Positions 12,001 to 21,900 of a stretch of 64,000 nt of DNA are shown here, piece by piece. The DNA comes from Zygnema circumcarinatum SAG 698-1b. Lineage: Eukaryota; Plantae; Zygnematophyceae. Position 1 is the stretch's first letter. Each line of letters opens with the position of its first letter. The notes under the pieces are model-generated. The model was given only the letters and a program-made list of their open reading frames with translations. It was not told where the DNA came from and did not search any database. The stretch is taken from NCBI GenBank assembly GCA_037447605.1, contig CM074811.1, positions 1,054,001 to 1,118,000 of the forward strand, read 5' to 3'. The translations under genes were made by a program, and so were the position numbers.

Positions 12001-15000
12001 ATTTTCCTCTCCCAATCTACAGTTCGAGAGTTCTGGGGCTTCATTGCTAACAGATAGCTTCTGTTGCTTCGGGCAGTCACAGCCTTACTTTGAGCATCAG
12101 TCAGAGCAGCTTCTGTAGTCTGCAGCTGTGCTTCTAAGTCCCAACAAGCCGCCTGGTCAAGATCAGCCACCTCTGTCAACTCTTGAGTCCTGTAAAACAG
12201 CAAATTCAGACCATACCAGTTCAGTTAAACACCACACAAAGTATCTAAGTCCTGGTGAATTGAATGTTTCCTCTCGATAAAAAAAATGTGCTCTGTCGTG
12301 TTTCAACAAGTTGATTGTCCATCTCCCGGTCTGTTCCTTAGACCCAAGAAGCTCAAAGTGATGCAAATTCCGTGTGGGGTGGCTTGGTGCTTACTGAAAT
12401 TGCATGTCTCGGACCCGTCGGCTAAGATTTTCCCGACGCTGCTCCTGCCGATCCCTCCTCTGCCGAGCTTCTACAAGCTCAAGCCTCAGCTGAGAAAGCT
12501 TTTCCTCCTCAGCCTGCATCCGCAACAAGAAGTCCCAAAACTGAGAAAAACATAAAAAATGAAGGTTTCCAAGCGATGACTGATTTGGACCACGGCATAA
12601 ACCTCCTTGTGAAAACGAATTTTCTAGATAGCCTAGACATGCAAAGGCTAGTTTCAGCTTAATGGAGAGGCTCAGCAGTGGACCATTGGTGTGAGCAGTG
12701 TACCATAAGCTGTTGGTCTCTGTCGGTGACTTCCTGCTGAAGTTGTCGAACTTCAGCTTCCAGACTCTCAGCTTCACTTGCTTTCAGCTGCTCGAGTTCT
12801 ATCTTTTTCCGCAGGTCTTCCTCAAGCTCGTCTATTGCTGCATAGCTATTTTCGAGTTGCCCGTCTTCACAGTCTCCAGAGTCTATAGATAGCTGACCTG
12901 TCTTCAGCAAGTTCACCCACTGCAAACAGGGAGAAACACAGGAACGGGATTGCCGAAGTCAGCACGAATTCGAGGACAACGATGTGATAAAGGCCTTTAT
13001 CACAAGGTGCGGATCGTGCAGCCTGAAAATAAAGCAACTCATCGCTCATCGCAGGTGCCCAAAGGCTCGGAGAGACGAATAAGGTGACTTTAAGCTCTTG
13101 CACACCTTATCCTTGCATTGCCCGGGATTTTTATTATGTAGAGCAGGGTCGCTCTCCTGAATCTTCTTCCATGAGCCTTTGCCATGCAAAGCGATTCCCC
13201 GGCGGAGTGCGTTCACCTCCTCTGCTGTCCACTTTTGGCGACAAGCACTCAATCGGGCTGCATCTGTCACGGATTCACAAAAAAGAAGGAAAAAACACCA
13301 ACGAGCTGGTAAGTACAATATGCCCTTCTCCCTCATGTCAATTGCCTGCTTTAGCTTGGGAAGCAGATACGACTTCTTCAATGAATGATTCTTTGTCATC
13401 GTCCAATGGCAGGTTCATACTTGGAGAAGGAGCTGGAGCAGCTACAATCAGCTGCATTGCAGCCGCTTTCACATTGCTGAGAGCGGCTGCAGATCGTCCC
13501 ACTTCTCGCTTCCGAATGCTGAACTGTGGAGGGAACTTGTGCATGAAGGAGGCACGGCCTGTGGCCCCATTCAACCGGAGTTCAAGTTCTCCCTTTTGGA
13601 AGAAAAAGCCCTGAGCTCGGCCTCTGCACAAGGACAAGGAACGGCGAGAGGGAATGTCTCAGCACAGCCCTCATAAGAGCGAGCAGGTCATGAGTCTGCA
13701 TGACATTGAAAGCTAACCATCATCTGTATCATGCTCGAGAGTTGTTTCACGAGCCACTATAGGATTTAGAAATATACATGTACAAGAATCATTCCATTAG
13801 AATATTCTGACAAGAGCTTGCCATTCATGTATTGAGTATACCTGAAGGCATGGTTGTCTGTGGAAAAAACCGTCAAAAAGAGCTCCACTGATACTCCCAC
13901 TGAAAGCTCCCAGTGGGGAATCAAGAATTCAAGGCGGCCGTGTTTCCTTGCGTTGGCCAATCGTTGAACGATTCGCAGATTATCGATCACTGTCAGGCCG
14001 CCACCTGTTCACAACCAGCACTGTTTCAGCACATGGCCTCACAAATCTAGCCATATTGAAACTCTTCTATGCATGAAGTTTCCAAATAATCTTTCAGCCC
14101 ATCGAATACAGCAAGCGACCAAGCTTTGACAAAGTAGGGAATGGCTGCTTACGGCATCGAGGGAACCAATGGTCGATGGCCCATGCCAGAGGCGAGCCAT
14201 CATCAGCATCTCGATCAAGCACGTTGCCGTAATGATCCACGCGGAACTTTTCCGGATCGAATCCTGCAGCTCTGCAAAAGGTGCAAAGGAAAATGTACCA
14301 ATGTCAATATGTTTAAACAATGAGTTCAGAGACTTGGAGGTGCACTGGGACATAGTCAAGGCTTTGCGCCAGGGTGTAATGAATGGCAAGTTAACTGTCA
14401 AGCTAAGCCTCAGGCTGCTATTTGTACATTTGTTGGAAGTTCATGTTTTTAGAAAGAATCTTGGCAGTCGACCAGGAGCACTGACAGAGTAGTCAACTTG
14501 CGAGAAACATAGCAAGACTAGATGAAGGAGAAGCCCTACTCCAAGTGTGGAAGCTGCTGCCAGAGTTGATCCTTGAAACAAGCAGTGTTGGGATCATCTC
14601 GTTCGCTCTCTTCCACTTTGCTGAAAACGGCATCAAGCTGCTGGGCTCGCTTTGCCTGCAAAATGAGCAAACAACAATGAAACACTGCTCTTAGTGACAA
14701 TATCAGCGCATCGCATTATGATCCAGATCCAATAAGTACGATGTTCCCATCTGCTTTGACTCTTCTGCAAAGAAGCCACAGCATGGCTCATTTTCTAGAG
14801 AAGAAAAAGGAAAGAAACCGCATCGTACACGATGTGAATGGATACAGAACAAATCCCTGACAACTCAGCAGCTACATGAGCTTCAATCAGCTTGCCCCTT
14901 TAAGCTTCTCAGGTTGCTCCTCTGTATGCCTCATTAGCTCTATGTCCCTTTACATACTCTGTAAATCAATACTTTCATATTTTTCTTTAAAATAATGCGA

Positions 15001-15520
15001 GAGCAGTAATGTGGACTCTATTTTTTATTCTTGAGCTGCCATCTAAAATCTTCTGGCTCTCTGCCTTCAGTCAATACGTAATAGTCCCAATCAGACGAAT
15101 TTTAACGCCCTTTCCTTGAGTCGAATCGAATCAGATAACTCTTACTGAACTTTTCCCTTTCCGGTGCCTTCTTGCAACACATTTCTACACGTCCCTCTTG
15201 AGGGCCTACACAGTTAACCATGTACGCAGAAACGCAAAAATGCATACAGCATTACAGATATGACCATGAAAGCTGCGTAAATCTCACATATCTTTTTCAC
15301 ACAATAACTTCTCCAGTCACTCCTAATGAATGAGTTTTGGACCTTGCTCACTCACCTCAGCTGCTGAAGGTTCATATGGCAGAAAGCAATGCGGCGGTCC
15401 TCTGCTGTAGGGCGTGATCTGCGCTCCTCTAAATGCGGCATGGCGGCAAAGTTTTGCATACCCTGCCGGGTATCCACGCTGAGGATCTACTTGCTTCTCC
15501 TCTTCTGTAAGGACGTCCAT
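6051..15520 (-). CDS. Large multi-exon protein (~2,000 aa): N-terminal HNH-like nuclease region, Myb/SANT domain, coiled coil and long disordered Pro/Ser-rich tail. The 3' end is uncertain.
   Basis: Phase-compatible exons: 15520-15356 (MDVLTEEE..GYPAGYAKLCR..GPPHCFLPY), 14655-14540, 14271-14153 (AGFDPEKFRVDHYGNVL..AWAIDHWFPRC), 14004-13842 (GGLTVIDNLRIVQRLANARK..), exon from ~13624, 13263-13106 (Myb), 12919-~12704 (WVNL + coiled coil), ~12522-12395, ~12190-8167 (4-kb exon) and ~7910 onward. Terminal exons around 6050-7200 are tentative. Confidence 0.8.
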
Positions 15521-15735
15521 ACTCTCCAGCACTTCTAACCCTCGTTTTTCACACTAAATTTACAGAAAATATGCTCTTGCAAGAAAGCCACAGGCGCCCT
15601 CGCTCTCATCCACTCTCACTTCTCTCCCACAAATACTGATGACGAAACACCACCTGCAATGTGATAACACTTGCAAGGACGGGATTTGGCTTCTCCCTTA
15701 GCGAGCAGGGAAAGGCGGGACAGGCGAGAGAGAAA

Positions 15736-15736
15736 G

Positions 15737-15783
<47 letters not shown>
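15736..15783. repeat. (GCAG)12 microsatellite upstream of the HNH-Myb start codon, probably 5' UTR
   Basis: Perfect tetranucleotide run read directly. Confidence 0.95.
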
Positions 15784-16139
15784 TCGCAGCAGCAGCAAGG
15801 GCGGTCTCCTGCTGGGAGGGAGGCGGAGGCGGCAGAAGATGAGGAGGGAGGGAGGGAGGGGGGGGGAGGAGCCGTTGGAGGAGCGCGGGATGCGGGGGGG
15901 GGGGAGGGAGGGAGTGCAGGGGGCCGTTTGAACCGAACGGGCGGGAAACTGGCGGGGGGCCGTTCGCACTGGCGGGAGCAGGCTGGGGTTCGTTGTTGTC
16001 TCTGGGAGGGAGGGGGGGCAAATGGGGTGTATGGACTTTCTGCCACTATTAGGACGGGTCAACTTTCACATTCCGCTTTTGAAGTAATTTCTAAATCAGT
16101 ACTTAACACCCAAGAAAAGGTGTTAGTTTATGGCACACT

Positions 16140-17013
16140 TCGCAGGTACGCACGTACGTATTTCGAACCGCTTTTTTTGGGAAATTCGAAAGATTGATCG
16201 CGAATGTAATAATTTGTGCAGACGTGGCGTTTTTCCATTGGTTGACGTGAATGGATTTAGCTGCCGTAGTTCGTTTTCACGCGTCGAATTTCAACTGGGC
16301 TCAGAATCGGCTTCGTGGATCAGATTAACGATATCGTATCGTATCTATGGTAATCGATATATCACATGCTTTCGTGACAGGAGACGTCGGTACAAGCGTA
16401 GGAGACCTGGTACGGACGGAGCGCAGAGTTAAGAATTGAGAGGAATACAGCGAGGCTGTCCTAGGAGCTTCTTCATTAGTGAGTTGGATTTTTAGAGACA
16501 AGAGGAGACTTTTCATCTCTCTTTCTCTCTATTTCTGCTTTTAAAAGTGTGCATTGACGCCCTTCCCTTCCGTGAGCCATGGCAAATGGCACAGTGGTTT
16601 GATGCAACGCCATGTCATGTACATATGATGGCATCGCCATCGTGAGATCAATGCCACATCTCTACTCATTGGTGGAGCGTGTGTTTCCAAAAGGAATGAC
16701 ACAGCTGGCTAAAGTTTTGCTCCCTCGCTTTTGCAGATATGGCTCTAGGGGATCTCATTCATGGCGAAAAAGTCAGCCTTCTTGAAGGTATGTCAGTCCT
16801 TCTAATGGAGCTAACTGCACCACCGAATCCGCAAAAGAGATCTCCAACGAATTCTATGATATCAGCGATGTCTCTTGTTGAGCTGACTTGAGAAGCAGAT
16901 GGAAGGGCGGCACATAAATGTTTTTCCTTGTTCAGATAATGGATCCAAAACTGGACGCTGGTATGACAACCACTGGCTTTCACAATGCGGAAGAAGCTCT
17001 GAGGCGTAGCACC
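16140..17013 (+). pseudogene. Decayed partial duplicate of the NAA35 promoter, 5' UTR and exons 1-3
   Basis: Collinear with ~18570-19633 (e.g. gagccATGGCAA..cagtggtttgatgcaacgcca; ttgctccctcgcttttgcagatatggctctagggga; gataatggatccaaaa.tggacgctggtatgacaac). It has a 5-nt frameshifting deletion after the ATG at 16579, a lost exon-1 donor and an ~175-nt internal deletion, and ends abruptly near 17013. The left boundary is approximate. Confidence 0.9.
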
Positions 17014-17377
17014 AGCGAGAGCTTCGACACGGACAGGTGAAGCGGCAGACTGGAGTGACAGCAAAGTGCGGCAGACATGACAGGTGGTAGGCAGAGAGCA
17101 AGTGAAAGCCAGCAAATGCAGGAAGAAATGTTTATTTAGGTCTTTAGTGAAAAAAAGAATAAAAGGACAAGGAAGCGCGGGACGGAGGAAGAAAATGGGG
17201 ATAGGAGCAGTTGGTACAGTAAATAGACAGGCTTTGGGCGGAAAGGGTTGGTGTAGGGAGAAACAGTTTAACTAAGGTTACAAACAGAGGTACGGAAAAA
17301 GAAAGGAACAGGGAAGTAACGACCCGGAAAGGAGGAAGTTCCCTCGTCTTTACCAATGCATGCGACAGACTCACCAT
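16759..17377 (-). other. Candidate chimeric gene: ATG-only first exon, 325-nt intron and a 97-aa ORF running antisense through the NAA35 duplicate
   Basis: gcgccATG|GTGAGT at 17377-17374 and a pyrimidine-rich intron ending ctccag| at 17050. Exon 2 starts at 17049, in frame to TGA at 16759. An upstream GGCCCA site-II-like motif lies near 17490. Confidence 0.5.
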
Positions 17378-17687
17378 GGCGCACGGCCAACGAAAGGCGC
17401 TGCAGGGAACAATCTCGGAACAGCGAGGAGAAGGATAATCGCCAAAGGCGAATTCCCCATAACTCTATACAATCATAGCAATTCTTGGGCCTAAATCTGG
17501 CGGAGGCAAAAATTGCTGCGGCGGCTCACAACTGTGGAACAAAATAATCAAAGTTACGCATGCTCGAGCCTGGAGCGTCTGTTATAGACGCGACCTAAAA
17601 ATGAAGTTAACGTGAACTTCTAGTTCTGCCGAACAGAGACTACTGGAATTGCCAAGCAAAGAAGCTATACACCTAGTTGATATATAA

Positions 17688-18242
17688 CTACGATCGCCTC
17701 AATTTCGCCAGAATTGCCTCCTGAAGGACAAAACAAAACCACATTACGTTCCGTGAGAAGACACGCACATTGTCTGACGCTTTCTGCAGAAATACTTCTG
17801 TGCGACCCAGAGGAGCAGAGACTGCAGAAGCTGAGACACAAAATTTGAGGAATTCCAGGAAAAGGACCGTAGAAAGTACGAGGGGAGTTGAGGAACTGAC
17901 CCTCGTGCACAGGGCCTCCAGCTTGGAGTGCTCCACGACGATGTTCTTCACAGCGCTGGCCTCCACCATTTCAGGCTCCCCCGCCTCATCAAGGAAATCG
18001 AAGATCTTGGGCGCGGGGTCAAAGGGGCCGTAGTCCTTGGTCCCTCCGCGCTTCTTGTCGGAGAGGCTGTGCTTCTTGGGGCGCCGCTTGTTGTGCTTCT
18101 TCGTGGCTTTGGGGTTCACGTGGTGCGCGCACTCCACCTGCAGAGACCCGCCGCGTGGCGGCTGGGCAGCGCGGGAGCACGAGGGCGCCGCAGAGGGAAT
18201 GCGCGTGAGAACGAAGGACGAGGCAGCGGCGAGAGCAGCCAT
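17688..18242 (-). CDS. PSRP6: Plastid-specific 50S ribosomal protein 6 (cL38), 2 exons (18242-17901, 17720-17688)
   Basis: Ala/Ser-rich transit peptide ending LQVEC, followed by basic AHHVNPKATKKHNKRRPKKHSLSDKKRG, resembling the PSRP6 core. The intron is GTCAGT..TTCAG. Confidence 0.75.
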   Translation of the reverse strand: MAALAAASSFVLTRIPSAAPSCSRAAQPPRGGSLQVECAHHVNPKATKKHNKRRPKKHSLSDKKRGGTKDYGPFDPAPKIFDFLDEAGEPEMVEASAVKNIVVEHSKLEALCTRVSSSTPLVLSTVLFLEFLKFCVSASAVSAPLGRTEVFLQKASDNVRVFSRNVMWFCFVLQEAILAKLRRS

Positions 18243-18995
18243 GGCTGCCGCTGTTAGGTTGAAGCGGGAGGCGTAGGAGGGCGGCTGGAGGGGAAGGGGC
18301 TCCCCTCAAGGGGATAAGGGCCCGCACGTGCGCGCACCAGCAAACGCGCCTCCGCTCGTCACATGCACATGAAACTGTTATATCGAACCCGCCCCAAAGG
18401 TTTTATGGGGACGGCGCTGTCGCTGTGCTGCGCCGCACATAGATCTACTGTTACCGTGAAGATCAGTTTTTGCGTGATACAGTTTGACTGAACTAATGAG
18501 AACTGTTCTATGCTGAGTCGCTCTCGAGATAAAAAATGCTACAGTAGCACTACAGTACTGTGCAGTATTTGTGGCCGTACATGTGTACTAGTCCGTTTTC
18601 TCGGGAAATCTGTGATGACGTGGCATGTTTCCTTTGGCTCGCGCTACCTACATTGTAGTTTTTTTTCGCGCGTTCAAGTTAAGTGGCATCGGCTTCGTGG
18701 ATGAGATTATTGATACCGTATCGTATCTGATATGGGAAATATACCTCGATTCAGTACATCGCAGTTCTTGCGATACACGAGACGTCTTGTAACAAGGTGA
18801 GGCCTGGTCCTCAGGTGAGGAAACGGAGGGAGCCCAAAGGTGGGAAGTGAGAGAAATGCAGCGCGGCAAGAGGAGATGCTGCCGTGGCCTTGTTCTTTAG
18901 TGAGATGGATTTTTAGACAAGAGGAGAATTTTCAACTCTCTTTCTCTCTCTGTTTTGATTCTGAAAGTGTTCACGCCCTTTCCTCTCCGTGAGCC

Positions 18996-21900
18996 ATGGC
19001 AAGTGACACGGAGCAGTGGTTTGATGCAACGCCATTTTTGGAGCATGTGTGCTCTGGTAAGAAAATGGGAATTAGTCTCTGTGTGAATGGATGATAATCA
19101 TCTGTTTCCAAAAGCAATGACACGACAGTTGGCTAACGTTTTGCTCCCTCGCTTTTGCAGATATGGCTCTAGGGGAGCTCATTCATGGCGAAAACTTCAG
19201 CCTTTTTGAAGCTATGTCAGCATTGGAGGTCAGCAGCTTCAGCAGAAGTTTTTTGACTCGCATGTTCTGTTGCGCACAATGCCGAGTGCGAGTATTTCTC
19301 GATAGTTGTTGGCCTTTTTGGCGGCTTTCCCGTTTACCTTTGAATTTGCACATCAGGAGTGAAAAATGTGTGGCTAGACTGCATTTCCATTCTGCACCTT
19401 CTAATGGAGCTGACTGCACCATCGAATCCGCAAAAGTGAATCAAACGCATTCTACGATATCAGCATGTTTCTTGTTGAGCTGACTATTGGGAAGCTGATG
19501 AAAGAGAGGCATGCATTTCAAAGTGACGCCTAAATTTCTTTCCTTGTTCAGATAATGGATCCAAAAATGGACGCTGGTATGACAACTTCTGGCTTTCGCA
19601 ATGCGGAGGAGGCCATAGCTGCAGGCGTAGCACCTGTTGACCTGTCTGTGCCTCAGCTCCTGGATGTTATGGACCATCTCATGGCTTGCGAGGTTTGGCG
19701 ACTGCAATTGCTTCACTTCAGTGATTTTTGGTACCTGTGGAATTTTCTTATTGGCTGCCAGCAAGAGTTTTGAATGACTTGAAAGTTACTGGCTAGGACT
19801 GATGCCAGCACGGTGTGATGCCTCGTCACGCTTCTTTAGACTCAAGTTCAACGAGCTGCAGTAGCTGGATAAGGCTGGGCAGCAGCCTGTGGAAGGTAGC
19901 AGCTGCTATTGAGAACAAACTGTATCTTTTAGGCGTTACCTGTCACTGATTGGATACTGCACGAAAATAATAAAAAGAAAAAATAACATGGCGTGCTCTT
20001 GCATTAACTTTTTTTTTTTTTATTCGTATCGACGGATTTGTAAGGTAGTGAGTTGACTTTTTTATTCAAATTTCACGATTCTTTAATTCCGCCTCAATTA
20101 TCTCACTCAAGACTTTCTTTTGTGTATACAGGCGACTTGGCACGATGGCAATTCTCTTGCCCAAACCGTGTTCACTTGCATTTATCTTTTGGATGTAGAC
20201 CGCACTGCAGCAAATCCTATGCTGCACGCTTACTGCAGGGCTGTGCGTGCCACGTGCAATATCATTCGGACTCTAGCCTGTCGAGCAGACGCCCGCGAAG
20301 TATGTCCGAAAACCAGTGTAGTCAGAATCTATGGTCATGCATGCGTTTTCTTACCTTTGAGCCAATCTGGAAAGTACGAAAGAAAGTTGTGGAGAGTGCC
20401 AAGAAGTGTGAGGACTTTAGGGTAGTTCCTGAATTGCATTGCATCACAATGTTGTTTCCGTATCCCGCGTGAACGATGGTTGGTTCATGCATAGCCAGGT
20501 TCTTGCTTCACATGTGGCATGGAGTTTTGTATATCACTGAACTTCAAAACAAAACATTATCTTCTGATATGGTGCTTTGAGCAATTTTCTTTTTTAACTT
20601 TTAGACCTTTTGCGTGATTTCTATGGCCGGTAATGTTTGAAAAATCGATTTTTAATTTCCCATAATATGTAGGCTGAATTGGCAAGCAGTTATGGGGTAC
20701 AGTTAGGATTCCATGCTCCGATTTTTTCATCCTCCAACTTTCGCAACTTGTTTTGATTGTCAAAGTACGGCTAATGCCTTCAATCGCTGACCATTAAGAT
20801 CAGAGCTATACAGGAGGAAGACTTTGTGACAGCTTCGTTTGGACTGCCCCTTGAGGGAGACGTAGACAGCAAGAGCCTTGCCCCCCTGCTTGCCGTTGAA
20901 GAGATGGTGGCTCGTCGGCTTAAGCTGGTGAAAGGAAGCCCTATCAAAAAAAAATCTGGAGAAGGTGAGATCCTTCACATCAATTAGCTTCCTTAGTTTG
21001 CATTGTGGCTGGAACAATCCGAGCGAAGCAAGGAAGTTTGTTTTGCCTGTCATTGTCAACATGTTCCAAGTCATACAAGATCACATAGTGCTTTTGAATT
21101 GAGATCTCTATAAAGGTGTGATTGATACTGGCTAATCTTTGCCAATTTTTTTCCCACCCACATTGTCAGCGTTTAATTTCAACAAAGCAATTGACCGCAG
21201 TACTTCGTTTCTTCCAGTGATGTTGTGGGTAATTTAGATCAATATGTAGGATCTTTCTCTGATTCCGCTTCTCTCAAAAACGATCATACAATCTTCTATA
21301 AATTGAATGTTAATCTGCGTGTCGATTGCTGTGCTAAATGGGAATGGAGGGAGTTTTCAGAATCCTGTTCTTAAGTGCTCTGCTTTGATGAACGGATGTG
21401 CGGGCTGGGCAGATGCCATGGAGACACCAGCTTTTCAGGATGATCCAACTATGGATGCGGAAACCTGTCGAGCCCTCCTATGCCGCATTCGCTTTCGAAA
21501 GGTTGCAAATTTTCTCTGTTTTAGCGACCTCTTTTACTTTGTGTTTTTGTTGTCAAGTCCTTGATGAGTTTGGTTTTGGTTGTAGTGGGTGTGCTGTGCT
21601 CATTTCACTCTTAGTTTGTCTGACTTCTCTCATGAGAACAATCACTTCACTTATCATTGCTGCGATTTGCGCAGTGAGAGTTTTTTGGGGGTTGTGAGGA
21701 GGGGGTGGGGATCCAAAAGCTACTACTCAATTAACCAGCCAAATTGGCCATCGTTGTTTGACCTATCTGCTGATACCATATACTTGCAGGCCCTTGTCTA
21801 TGCCATGACGAACATGGAGAAACCTCGCGGAAAGGGCTTGGAACTTGCGAAGAAACATCTAGCAGCTGCTCAAACTGAGCTTTCTCTCATTCGTGCTTCC

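Noticed and set aside
13106-13263. Claim that the Myb domain is a bona fide telobox that binds the TTAGGG array
   Set aside because: The recognition helix lacks the VDL..WR telobox consensus, and co-occurrence in one window is not evidence.
17014-17049. 14-3-3 or other known protein as the donor of the MSAASPVRVEALA stub
   Set aside because: Similarity ends after five residues, which is too short to assign.
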